NCBI GenBank assembly: GCA_977020255.1 | Contig: CDROCS010001089.1 | Span: forward strand, 186,001-250,000 | Length of the DNA: 64,000 nucleotides | Reading direction: 5' to 3' | From: Obrimoposthia wandeli | Taxonomy: Eukaryota | Shown here: positions 9,865-19,101 of the stretch, piece after piece | How positions within the stretch are numbered: the stretch's first letter is position 1 | Layout of the letters: each line of letters opens with the position of its first letter | Made by a program: the position numbers and the translations under genes | Notes under the pieces: model-generated | Database searches by the model: none | Told to the model about the DNA's origin: nothing | The model's input: only the letters and a program-made list of their open reading frames with translations

Positions 9865-12800
9865 CTATAAGCCCATCAAACTCTCTGCTTCACCTAACAC
9901 CTGATCCATCACTTGCAGAATCATCTCTACATCGTTTTCTTCGATGGTCAGCGGTGGTCTTATTTTTAGAATATTATCCGCAGGCCCTTCTGTGCCCATC
10001 AAGATACGATGCTCGCGCATACGGTTTTTAACGTAGTCAGAAGCGGCGGTAGCAGGTGCTTTGGTCTGCCTATTTTCGACTAGATCTAAGCCAACAAACA
10101 AACCGCAACCACGCACATCACCAATTAAAGGATGATGCTCTTGCAATGCTTTTAAGCCATTTTGCAACTTAGCGCCCATCAGCTTAGCATTTTCCATCAG
10201 GCCTTCATCATCAACAATGTCCAGTACTTCTTTACCAATGCGGCAAGAGAGGTTTGAACCGCCAAAAGTAGAAAAGTACTCAGGTCCTTGCGCAAAGCTC
10301 TTTGCTATTGCCTTAGTTGTCACTAACACACCAATAGGATGACCGTTGCCAATAGGTTTACCCATCACCACGATATCAGGCACTACTTGTTGCTGTTCAA
10401 AGGCAAAGTAGTAATCACCTAAGCGACCCAGTGCTGTTTGCACTTCATCGGCAATACACACACCACCAGCATCACGAATACGCTGATATACGCCTTGTAA
10501 ATAGCCTTTAGGAGGGATAATTTGCCCACCAACACTTGGGAAGGTTTCTGCAATAAAGCCTGCTAATTTACCGCCATGCGCATCAATATTGGCAATAGCG
10601 GTATCCACTAAAGCGGCGTATTTTTCAGCTCTTTGTGGATCATCACTTTGAAAGCTACCGCGATACTCATCGGCTACTTCAACTAGTTGCACCCAATCCG
10701 CTTGGCCTACTCCACCTTTCGCATTGAACTTGTAAGCTGATACATCGATGCAGCCTGTGGTGTTGCCGTGATAACCATGATCTGGAGTGACCATATCTTT
10801 GCCGCCACTATGTGCACGCGCTAAGCGCAAGGCTAGCTCGTTGGCTTCAGTACCTGAGTTAACAAAGAAGCATACTTCTAAGGAGTCAGGCATTTTTGAT
10901 AAGATTTTGTCAGCAAAAGCAGTTTGCGAAGGATGTAAATAACGCGTGTTCGAGTTCATACGCTTTAGCTGATCAGCCGCCACGGCTTGGATACGTGGAT
11001 GGGCGTGGCCTACATGAGGTACATTGTTATAGCTATCTAAATACGGGCGGCCACTTTCATCAAATAAATGATGGCGCCAGCCGCGCAAAAACATCACCGG
11101 ATCAGCATAGGTAAGTTTAAGGTTTTCACCAAACTTCGCTTTACGCTGCGCCAGTACTTGTGCCTTTTGCGTACCGACATATTCAGTCTTATCAGCGGCT
11201 AAATTCATCAATGCTGCAGGGTTAGGGCAAATTGCATTGAAAAGCGCTAACTCATCAGGGTCTACAGCGCCAGGCCAGTTATTACCCACACCTTGTGTGG
11301 TTAGCGCTAATTGGAAATGTAGATGAGGGTTCCAGCCGCCATTGCTATTTAAGTTACCCAATGTGGCAATCACTTGGTTTTTCTCAACTGCTTGGCCAAC
11401 TTTTAAGGGTGCGATTGAATCGCGATCAAGGTGGCCATAAAGAGTGTAAAAAGTGTCTTCTTCATCTGTTTGATGAGACAGAATCACCATCCCGCCATAA
11501 TCTAAATAACTGCTGTGATACTCTGTGAATTCAACCTTACCCGCAAGCGGGCTATGCACTTCGTGACCTGCTGGTGCAAATGCATCAACGCCTAAGTGCA
11601 CGGTACGACGATTACTCGCTTTGTAAGGCCCATTACTAAAGGCAGGATCTGTGTAAGCAAGGCGTGGCTCGTTATAATACCCCAGCCAAATACCTTCTTC
11701 GGGATCGTAGTCTCCGCCTATTTCAGCGGCTTCTTTAGCACTTAAATCAAACGGGTTTTGTGGGCTAGTGCAGTTTTCAACTGACAAACTACGCAGCGGT
11801 GCATTACTTAAATCAGCGCCTAAGATGGGCGCAAAGTTGCCAGATTGTGCAGCTAACCATGTTTGAATACGCGCTGCACTTTCATTTATTTCAAACCCAC
11901 AGACCACTCTTAATCGTATATTGAGCAGTTCTACATTGATGTTGTTTTCTAATAAGAACTTCCAAGCAGGTGCTTGAGAGATAACAATATAAGGATCGTT
12001 CGGGTTATCCAGCGCCATTAGTGTTGAGTTAACAACGCTCACCGCCAAACGCATGCGCAGCAATGGCCACAGCATATCAAGCTCTTGAGTTGTCAAAGGA
12101 TATTGAGCGTGATATCCACGCACAATCGCCTCTAACACTTGCTCAGGGTTTTGTTGATCTAGCACCATATAAGCGGCGCAAATTGCCAAGTTACAAATAC
12201 GTGGGCCAGCACACATATCTCCTAAATCAATCAGGCCAGTTACCCGCGCAGCGGTGGTTAAAGAGCCATCAACAATTAAGTTGTAATCATTCACATCGTT
12301 GTGAATCGCTTGTTGAGGCATCGCTAATAACGCTGGTTTTATCGCTGCGAACTGCTGGCTAATATCATTAATGACTGCCTTTTTTTGTGCATCTTTAATA
12401 ACAGCACTTTCTTTGGCAACCCAATCACCTTGGCACAAATTCCACTTAAAATCGCGCGCTAACGCAGGATGTGTAAAATCGGCCCACGCCTTATCGACAG
12501 CCCCCACAACTTGGCCTATATCTTCAATCAGCGCAGTGCTTTGCGGCTTAAATTTGGCATAGGTTTTGCCTTCAATTTTTTCTAATAGCCACACAACCCG
12601 GGCTTCGCCATCTGGGCCAGTCACTGTAGTGTATAACTCGCCTGCAATGGTATTAATAATGCTAGGGGCTGGAATATCAGGCGCATTAATCGATAGGTGA
12701 GCAAAGGCACGACACTGCAAATCGATAAAGCTAGTTTCACAATCTGCACGCATCACTTTCAATACCGCAGGCTGCTCGCCATTGACTAAGAAATTGAGAT

Positions 12801-12879
12801 CATACTCACCATCTAATTGCGTTAACGTCGCGTCTATTTGCCAAACTTGTTTTAAAATACCAGCCCAAAATGCAGTCAT
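9865..12879 (-). CDS. Three-domain fusion: APH/hydroxylysine-kinase-like + M23 peptidase + class III (PLP) aminotransferase/phospho-lyase
   Basis: IHNDVNDYN and LIDLGD kinase motifs; HLGVD, YGH, PHLH M23 motifs; YNNVPHVGH, ADEVQTALGR, MGKPIGNG class III motifs. Confidence 0.88.
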   Translation of the reverse strand: MTAFWAGILKQVWQIDATLTQLDGEYDLNFLVNGEQPAVLKVMRADCETSFIDLQCRAFAHLSINAPDIPAPSIINTIAGELYTTVTGPDGEARVVWLLEKIEGKTYAKFKPQSTALIEDIGQVVGAVDKAWADFTHPALARDFKWNLCQGDWVAKESAVIKDAQKKAVINDISQQFAAIKPALLAMPQQAIHNDVNDYNLIVDGSLTTAARVTGLIDLGDMCAGPRICNLAICAAYMVLDQQNPEQVLEAIVRGYHAQYPLTTQELDMLWPLLRMRLAVSVVNSTLMALDNPNDPYIVISQAPAWKFLLENNINVELLNIRLRVVCGFEINESAARIQTWLAAQSGNFAPILGADLSNAPLRSLSVENCTSPQNPFDLSAKEAAEIGGDYDPEEGIWLGYYNEPRLAYTDPAFSNGPYKASNRRTVHLGVDAFAPAGHEVHSPLAGKVEFTEYHSSYLDYGGMVILSHQTDEEDTFYTLYGHLDRDSIAPLKVGQAVEKNQVIATLGNLNSNGGWNPHLHFQLALTTQGVGNNWPGAVDPDELALFNAICPNPAALMNLAADKTEYVGTQKAQVLAQRKAKFGENLKLTYADPVMFLRGWRHHLFDESGRPYLDSYNNVPHVGHAHPRIQAVAADQLKRMNSNTRYLHPSQTAFADKILSKMPDSLEVCFFVNSGTEANELALRLARAHSGGKDMVTPDHGYHGNTTGCIDVSAYKFNAKGGVGQADWVQLVEVADEYRGSFQSDDPQRAEKYAALVDTAIANIDAHGGKLAGFIAETFPSVGGQIIPPKGYLQGVYQRIRDAGGVCIADEVQTALGRLGDYYFAFEQQQVVPDIVVMGKPIGNGHPIGVLVTTKAIAKSFAQGPEYFSTFGGSNLSCRIGKEVLDIVDDEGLMENAKLMGAKLQNGLKALQEHHPLIGDVRGCGLFVGLDLVENRQTKAPATAASDYVKNRMREHRILMGTEGPADNILKIRPPLTIEENDVEMILQVMDQVLGEAESLMGL

Positions 12880-13090
12880 TGTGATGTCTCTAAATATTTT
12901 ACGACGAAAGTGAAAGAGGAGTTAGCGTAACCCCAATTAAAAATTCTGAATTTAGCATAATAGAGAGAACAGGTGTTGATAGATAATAATTTTTTTATGC
13001 TGCGGCTATCGGTATAACCTATAGCTCAAGGTTTTGCGCTATAGGTTATGTGTTGCGAGTGCAGCTTAAATTATTAAAAGATATGAAAAG

Positions 13091-14563
13091 TTAAGATAAG
13101 GTAATCGAAAATGATTGCGCAAAATCTTTTACGGGTAAGTGCTTTGCACCCGCTCGTTGTCGAATACGCCAGGCATCTGCGCTTAACTGCAATTTACCAT
13201 CGTTTAGTTTAGAAAAACCAACGGTCATAAAGTGCTCACTAGTGCGCGCTTTAGGGTAAGCTGAAAACCAACGCCCTTCCTGCGTAGAAACCATATACGA
13301 TGCATCGTATTGCACATCGCTACTAGCGAAACCTGGAATATCAATAGAGCGCGGTGGAAACTGTCGCGGCTCTGCTTCTGGCGTAGCCGTGGCTATACCG
13401 TTAAGCCCGGTTAAATTAGACATTGGAGAAGAGATAATCTCTACTAATTTATTACCGTTACTGCCCAAGCTTACTTGTGAAATACGCCCGAAATGCACAT
13501 CGCCACTGAGCACTACAATATCGTGATCACACAAGCTCATCGCCTGTAATAGTGCTTTGTATTGTTTGTCATAGCTCCTCAAGTTTTTCTCTTGGCTATT
13601 TTCATTCACAATTAAAGGCTGGGGAATCACTAATACTCCAGGGCTTTGTAAGTCCCTAACCCATGTAAGCAATTTAGCCATGCCAGCTTCTGGTATGAAA
13701 CGTTGCTCGCTTCGATAACTGCGCAAATCTGCTAAACAAAAACTGATGTCACTGCCAATATTAAAAACTTCAATCTGTTGCGCTTGTTGGATATTCAAAA
13801 CCGCATCTTTTGCAGCACGTGTCCAAGTAGTGCGCACTGACTTTAACCGCAACGCCTGTAATGTAGGAATATTGGTTCTATAGTTCGGGTAATCGTTCCA
13901 ATACTCATGATCGTCGGGGATCATCCAAGTTGCACCATGGGTAAAAATGCTACCTAATGCTTGCCAATGCAGTGCATAATCATCGGCGATTCGCTCACGA
14001 ATTTCGCTAGATATTAAGGATAGTGAATCAAAACCGATATCTAAATACACTTGATCGCCGGTTAAAAAAGTAACATCTGGTTGATACTGCTCGCCACCAT
14101 TCACAAACAGTGCTTTATAAGCCGCAGCGGCTCTACCCCCATCGCGATGATTATAAAAACAGCTGCCAAGACCAATCGTAAAAGGCTTCTGTGTATCCCT
14201 TGGCAGTTGATTTGGCAGCGTACTAAACTGCGCTTTTTTTAGCGATTGCCAATTTACAGCAGATTCTTGATCTGAAGAATTTCTGGAAAACTCAACTTTG
14301 TAGCTGGCATCAGCACTTAAGTTTTCAAAAGTAACTACTTTATAAAAACGCTTAGCATGATTGCGAAACGGACGCTGCCAATCATCTAACCCAATGGTGA
14401 TGGTCTGTAATACTTGATTTTCACCAACGATTAAATCCACTTTCGCATTTGCTGGTTTTTTCAAAGTAGGAAACAAGGTTCCCACCCAAATTTGTACACT
14501 GGTTTGCGATACTCTCTGCACGACCAGTGACCACTGGGCGGTAGATGTTGTAGAGTCTGTCAT
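13091..14563 (-). CDS. PhoD-like metallophosphatase (alkaline phosphatase D family)
   Basis: GDQVYLD, PDDHEYWND, DLRSYRS, LSGDVH motifs; no signal peptide visible. Confidence 0.8.
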   Translation of the reverse strand: MTDSTTSTAQWSLVVQRVSQTSVQIWVGTLFPTLKKPANAKVDLIVGENQVLQTITIGLDDWQRPFRNHAKRFYKVVTFENLSADASYKVEFSRNSSDQESAVNWQSLKKAQFSTLPNQLPRDTQKPFTIGLGSCFYNHRDGGRAAAAYKALFVNGGEQYQPDVTFLTGDQVYLDIGFDSLSLISSEIRERIADDYALHWQALGSIFTHGATWMIPDDHEYWNDYPNYRTNIPTLQALRLKSVRTTWTRAAKDAVLNIQQAQQIEVFNIGSDISFCLADLRSYRSEQRFIPEAGMAKLLTWVRDLQSPGVLVIPQPLIVNENSQEKNLRSYDKQYKALLQAMSLCDHDIVVLSGDVHFGRISQVSLGSNGNKLVEIISSPMSNLTGLNGIATATPEAEPRQFPPRSIDIPGFASSDVQYDASYMVSTQEGRWFSAYPKARTSEHFMTVGFSKLNDGKLQLSADAWRIRQRAGAKHLPVKDFAQSFSITLS

Positions 14564-14688
14564 AATAACTTTCCTTGTTTAGTTCTCGTCTACTGGGTTT
14601 TATGTTGCGACATGAGTCATAGTTACTACACTGATGACGCTATTGATTTCCTACCATGGATTGAGTATTTATATCATTTACTTAGCGT

Positions 14689-15018
14689 CTACGATTCCGC
14701 TGGAGGCACGTAATTGAGGGCGCCCGCTTTTTTCATTGCCTCAACACCGTCTTCAAACGACATTAATGGCGTCATATGAAAGTCCTTTAAAGCACCTCCT
14801 GCCATTGCCGCCATCGAAAACGCTTTAGCGCTAACGTTATCCGGCATTTCAATAATAGCCGCTGAATCGTATTCACCAAAAGAAAGCCAAGAGCCTACAA
14901 ACGAGCCTCCTAATGCCTGTACCACAGGAATAACTTTTTCTAACCGGTTCTCAGGGGTTGCCACCAATTTTGCAATTGCATCTGCAGTAAATGATATTTG
15001 TACTAAAAAATGTGCCAT
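14689..15018 (-). CDS. GYD domain protein
   Basis: LGG...WLSFGEYDSAAIIEMPDN pattern; start placed at MAHF (ORF track extends to 15039). Confidence 0.75.
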   Translation of the reverse strand: MAHFLVQISFTADAIAKLVATPENRLEKVIPVVQALGGSFVGSWLSFGEYDSAAIIEMPDNVSAKAFSMAAMAGGALKDFHMTPLMSFEDGVEAMKKAGALNYVPPAES

Positions 15019-15036
15019 GTATATTCCTATTCGTTT

Positions 15037-15059
15037 CATTGCTGAGCGGTTAAAAAACG
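15037..15059. repeat. Isolated degenerate end of MITE family A
   Basis: CATTGCTGAGCGGTTAAAAAACG versus family end CATTGCTGTCCGGTTAAAAAACG. Confidence 0.5.
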
Positions 15060-15148
15060 AGCGCTCTGGTTAATATTCTTTGTTCAAGCCAATCGTTAGG
15101 TAAACGGTGCTGGGGATATTTTGAGCAATAAAGTTGCATACCTAACTA

Positions 15149-15307
15149 GTGCCCATCCAAAAACGAATGCCTACTGCGAACGCATCACTAACTCAATCTA
15201 CCCACTACAAGATCTAGTTATTTGGAATAACAAAACGCCCATATCTAGTAGTACGTATCTTGAATCATTGAAACGCTCTCGCGACGACCCCGTTTCAAGA
15301 TGAGCAC
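15149..15307. mobile_element. MITE family B, copy 1
   Basis: 159 bp, ends GTGCCCATCC / GATGAGCAC, TAACTA on both flanks; near-identical to 41935, 57755, 62878. Confidence 0.88.
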
Positions 15308-15388
15308 TAACTACCGCTAAGTTAGCAGGTTTTAAGATGTTAACGAAATTGATAACGGTTTAAAGCGACCATTTAGCACCTGCTGAGT

Positions 15389-15540
15389 CATTAGTGTCCG
15401 GTTTAAATTTTGTTGTTCTTTAACTCATTGATTTTACATTAACGATAAATGTTATTCGGCTGAAAAAAATCCAATTTACTATGCTAGAGAACCACAAATC
15501 AACGAGCAAAGAGCTTACACTTTCTAACCGGACAGCAATG
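15389..15540. mobile_element. MITE family A, copy 2
   Basis: Family A ends; flanks CTGCTGAGT / TTGCTGAGT (8/9). Confidence 0.9.
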
Positions 15541-15886
15541 TTGCTGAGTAAAACAGTTAATTGCGCTTTAAATTCTCTAATATCTAACCTAGTGCTTTAT
15601 CGAAAGAACCATTATTAAACACTGATTGTAAAATCAGCGTTATTTCAGTTTTACACAATAATCGTGCGTGTTTACACATTAAACTTTAATTTCTCTGCTC
15701 GTTCACACTAGTAACTTTATAGAAACTGGTGCAATATCAACTGTATAAATATGAACAAACATAAATAACGAGACCCACGTTATTTTTACAAACGCGCATG
15801 CGCGTTTAGCCAAGGACGGTTTTTGTAAAATGGATATTATCTTAAGCAAGTTAACTACTTACCCATCTTTTCTACAAACTATTTCC

Positions 15887-15924
15887 ATGTGTAAACGCGC
15901 ATGCGCAGTATTGAGCTGTTAGCT
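15887..15924 (+). other. Candidate integron attI site
   Basis: GTTAGCT (GTTRRRY core, 15918-15924) 34 bp before the first cassette ORF, with no attC hairpin upstream; preceded by AAACGCGCATGCGC, which recurs as a perfect palindrome at 15790-15807. Confidence 0.55.
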
Positions 15925-15957
15925 TTACAATTCCGACAATGGAGAGCTTGAACAATA

Positions 15958-16704
15958 ATGTCTAATTTTCCGGTTGAAAGTGATTTCGACTATCAAGCAT
16001 TGCCAGCTGAAGACTCTAGAAGAATTCAAGAGTTATTTAAATTCGCTGAAAAACTATTTTTGCTCCGTAAAGACTTTGGGGTAGCGGGTCATGGATCAAA
16101 ATTTAACTATTCATTTGGTAAGCGAAGATTTATGTCTTGGTTAACTCAATATTGTAGCTGGTCAAAAGAAAACTTAAATATGGTCGGGTGGGAAAGTTTA
16201 GAATTACACCTTAAATACGAAAATGCTATGCCAATGGGAAGTGGTTATGGCACTAGTCGACAGATGGTTGAAACAGTTTTTATTCGTCCATTTGAAGAAC
16301 GAATTCATTCAGAGATTTTAGACATAGCAGATGGTGTAAAACCTATTATTGTTAATGAGCATAACGAAATGACTAACCTAAAAGAACAAAGTGCCTTAAA
16401 AAGTGCACCTGCGGGTGTTACCAATATTACTATTACGGGTAATCATGCAAAAGTAAATCAAAACTCGGTAGACAACTCTACCAATATTATTAATTCTAAC
16501 GATATTAGTGATTTGTTAGTCAAGTTACGCAGTGAAGCTCTACATCACAATTTATCAAACGATAACATTGAAATTATCGATGCTATAGAAGCGAACGTAA
16601 CATCAGATAAACCAAGTAAAGTGGTTGCTAAAACACTAATTGATTCATTACCCAATCTTGGTTCAATAGCTTCTATCGGTTCTTTTATCTTAGGATGCCT
16701 GTAA
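15958..16704 (+). CDS. Integron cassette 1, hypothetical protein (248 aa)
   Basis: AT-rich ORF whose stop is followed directly by attC; Asn-rich linker and small C-terminal helical domain. Confidence 0.75.
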   Translation: MSNFPVESDFDYQALPAEDSRRIQELFKFAEKLFLLRKDFGVAGHGSKFNYSFGKRRFMSWLTQYCSWSKENLNMVGWESLELHLKYENAMPMGSGYGTSRQMVETVFIRPFEERIHSEILDIADGVKPIIVNEHNEMTNLKEQSALKSAPAGVTNITITGNHAKVNQNSVDNSTNIINSNDISDLLVKLRSEALHHNLSNDNIEIIDAIEANVTSDKPSKVVAKTLIDSLPNLGSIASIGSFILGCL

Positions 16705-16802
16705 AGCTAACAAGCTAATTAATAAGGACAAAAAACAGTTGGCTGTTTTCGTTCCTCAACATTTTAGCCAACAATTTTTTGCCCATTATTAGGGCGTTAA
16801 TA
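16705..16802 (+). other. attC site 1
   Basis: R'' AGCTAAC, R' GTTAATA, long imperfect palindrome (CAAAAAACAGTTGGCT / AGCCAACAATTTTTTG). Confidence 0.88.
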
Positions 16803-16944
16803 CATTACACAGGTTGTCTCATGAATTGCAAAAGGTTTGTTTGCTCTAGTTTCGTGTTAATTGGTTTTGATTGCAGAGGACTAAATTACCCACCTTCAGA
16901 TTACCGCCGTTCTTTGGTATCACACATTACGCTATTTAATAAAT

Positions 16945-17145
16945 TAACGAAGCGGAGCGACATGATGTCGCGTAGAGTGAGTGGGCCATGGATGGCCCTG
17001 TCGAACGGCCGTTCATTTGGTAAATAGTGGAGGAATCTTTCGGTGATCGTGGGTGGCCTTTCGGTTTCTTTTGGCCACACAAAAGAAATGAACTCGACGA
17101 AGTCGAAACCGATTTTAATCTTTTGATTTTAAACTTTAAAAAATA
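16945..17145. repeat. REP/MITE-like multi-hairpin element inside cassette 2
   Basis: Hairpins GCGACATGATGTCGC (16957-16971), GGGCCATGGATGGCCC (16983-16998), TTTCTTTT-N8-AAAAGAAA (17065-17088), TCGAC-GAA-GTCGA (17094-17106); GC-rich against flanks; boundaries approximate. Confidence 0.6.
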
Positions 17146-17213
17146 AATCAGTTAAAAGTGTTCATATTAAGAATGTTTCGTTACCCTCACTGAATAAACA
17201 GCGAGTAATATCG

Positions 17214-17296
17214 TATTAACAAGTGCAGTCAGCAGGAATTTTTAACAGGCACTTCGTGCCTAAACGGTTAAAAATCCTCTGCTGCAAGCGTTCTAT
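17214..17296 (+). other. attC site 2 (R' partly degenerate)
   Basis: TATTAAC-AAG...GCAGGAATTTTTAACAGGCAC-TTC-GTGCCTAAACGGTTAAAAATCCTCTGC...GCGTTCTAT. Confidence 0.78.
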
Positions 17297-17466
17297 TGCT
17301 AACGAGATATGGAGATATGGAGATAAGTCGTCGTGGGTGCTTGGGGAATAAATCTCGATCAAAATGATACTTACCCTATATTTAATTTGGCTTTTCCTTT
17401 CTAAGTTTTGTGATCGTTAGTCCATTTATTATAAATTTTTTGCCAAGTTTAAGCTTGTATGTTGGC

Positions 17467-17541
17467 ATTTAACAAGAAACGGTTCAGCGAGCAGTTTGCG
17501 CTGCTTCGCGCTCCAACTGCCTCGTGCGTTTGGCGTTAGCA
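17467..17541 (+). other. attC site 3
   Basis: R'' ATTTAAC, R' GTTAGCA, internal GAGCAGTTTGCGC / GCGCTCCAACTGCCTC pairing. Confidence 0.85.
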
Positions 17542-17556
17542 TTCAAGGAGAAATAG

Positions 17557-18027
17557 GTGTATCAAAATAGACAAGCTTTAGCATTAGGTTCATTACTTCT
17601 TATTATCATAGTAGGAGTCTTATCAATAGTTTTGGCTTTTTGGGCATGGCCGAAATATAACGTATATAAGATGGAATTGAATGGACAAGCAGCTCTGAGA
17701 GAAGCGCGATGGTCTAAGCAAATCCTCATTGAAGATGCAAAAGCAAGGGAAACAGCATCTTTAATGCAAGCCAAAGCTAGAGTAATTCTCGCGGAAGCAG
17801 AGGGTAGAGCAAAAGTTGTACGTGCCAAAGCTGAAGGTTTAGCTGATATCGAGAGGGCTAAAGCTGCCGCAGAGGCTAATCGGATTATTGGGAGCTCACT
17901 AAAAAACAATGAAGAGTACTTGCGTTACCTATGGATCAAAGGGCTACATGATGGTAAAGGGGAACGAATTTATATACCTACTGAAGCTGGTTTACCTATT
18001 CTGGAAGCAGGTAAAGCTGGCAACTAA
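17557..18027 (+). CDS. Integron cassette: short SPFH-like ('membrane protease subunit') protein
   Basis: N-terminal TM helix, Ala/Glu-rich coiled coil, C-terminal YLRYLWI...IYIPTEAGLPILEA; AGGAG RBS just after attC3; GTG start. Confidence 0.75.
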   Translation: MYQNRQALALGSLLLIIIVGVLSIVLAFWAWPKYNVYKMELNGQAALREARWSKQILIEDAKARETASLMQAKARVILAEAEGRAKVVRAKAEGLADIERAKAAAEANRIIGSSLKNNEEYLRYLWIKGLHDGKGERIYIPTEAGLPILEAGKAGN

Positions 18028-18128
18028 TGCTAACCAGGGCAAGCAATCTGATAATATTACGTCACGGCTTTTGCAAATATACCGCAAAACCCGCGCCGTG
18101 CCCTCTGCAGTTTTCGCCGGCATTAGCT
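18028..18128 (+). other. attC site 4 (R' mutated GTT to ATT)
   Basis: TGCTAAC immediately after the stop; CACGGC-TTTTGC / GCAAAA-GCCGTG arms; GGCATTAGCT end. Confidence 0.7.
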
Positions 18129-18203
18129 TTCTTACTAGCTGCGTTTAACTCATAATTTATCGGATAAAATTGCCTAAACACATAAATAAATTGCAGGGTA
18201 ATA

Positions 18204-18497
18204 ATGAATAAAACAAAGCCCGAATTCTCCATTTTTTCATTTGTTTCAATTTCCTGTCCTTTTTTAGGCGTTGCTATTCTTATTTTGAGTCTTTATTTCG
18301 ATTTACTTTCCAGCTTGGCTACAGGAAATGAGGTTTTAGCTGTTGCGTTTATATTTTTGTGTGGGTTTATTATTGTTGGTTTATTATCAGGAATTTACGC
18401 TAGAAAAAGAAAAGAGAATTTTCTAGTATCAACGCTAGGGATATCAATAAATGTTGGAGTTATAATACTGTCAACCTACCTTATCTTTGGTTTCTAA
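18204..18497 (+). CDS. Integron cassette: small membrane protein (about 3 TM)
   Basis: Hydrophobic 97-aa ORF between attC4 and attC5. Confidence 0.7.
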   Translation: MNKTKPEFSIFSFVSISCPFLGVAILILSLYFDLLSSLATGNEVLAVAFIFLCGFIIVGLLSGIYARKRKENFLVSTLGISINVGVIILSTYLIFGF

Positions 18498-18504
18498 TTT
18501 AAAA

Positions 18505-18599
18505 AGCTAACAAGGAAAATCAATGGACGCTAACAGCTGTTACGTTTTTTGCTAAAATAAAAAGCGCCAATTTACGCGCTACTGTTTGCGGCGTTAACT
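18505..18599 (+). other. attC site 5
   Basis: R'' AGCTAAC, R' GTTAACT, imperfect palindrome with TTTTTT/AAAAA core. Confidence 0.78.
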
Positions 18600-18612
18600 A
18601 TGCAAAGGGAAT

Positions 18613-18996
18613 GTGATGAGAATACTAACTAATATATGTTCTGACAATTTACAAAAAAGTAAAGAGTTTTACGTAGATCTTCTCGATTTCCAAGTCAAGT
18701 ACGATAGTGATTGGTACGTACAGCTATGTTCTCCAGAAGACTCAAAAATTGAGTATGGTATTATTCAAAGAGACCACGAACTAGTACCCAAAGAATACCA
18801 AAACACTCCAAACGGAATGTATGTAACATTTGTGGTTGAGGACGTTGATATTGTCTATAGCCGGGCAATAGATATGGGTATTACTATTATTCAAGAACTC
18901 CGTAACGAGTTTTATGGCCAACGCCGTTTTTTAGTTAAAGACCCGAGTGGCTGCCTAATTGATATATGTTCTCCTTGGCAATCAGAGTCCAGCTAA
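18613..18996 (+). CDS. Integron cassette: VOC / glyoxalase-bleomycin resistance family protein
   Basis: SKEFYVDLLDF, TFVVEDVD, EFYGQRRFLVKDPSGCLIDI; stop overlaps the R'' of the next attC. Confidence 0.88.
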   Translation: MMRILTNICSDNLQKSKEFYVDLLDFQVKYDSDWYVQLCSPEDSKIEYGIIQRDHELVPKEYQNTPNGMYVTFVVEDVDIVYSRAIDMGITIIQELRNEFYGQRRFLVKDPSGCLIDICSPWQSESS

Positions 18997-19065
18997 CAAG
19001 TTACAGCACTTTAGCCCAAAGGAGCTTGGACGCGTTTCTCGCGCCCGTGTGCAAAGCGCTTGTTT
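18991..19065 (+). other. attC site 6 (R' degenerate)
   Basis: AGCTAAC-AAG, GGACGCG-TTTCT-CGCGCCC hairpin, ends GCAAAGCGCTTG instead of GCGTTR. Confidence 0.65.
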
Positions 19066-19101
19066 CTATAATCATTCACAAATTCACTATAAGGAGATGT
19101 A

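Noticed and set aside
15121-15303. 60-aa ORF
   Set aside because: Lies almost wholly within MITE B copy 1; the equivalent frame is not a gene in the other copies
15040-15780. intI gene or remnant
   Set aside because: Manual minus-strand translation of the non-MITE segments I checked gave no IntI or tyrosine-recombinase motif; a very decayed trace cannot be excluded
16779-17027. 82-aa ORF as a cassette gene
   Set aside because: Starts inside attC1 and runs into the hairpin element; no RBS or recognisable protein
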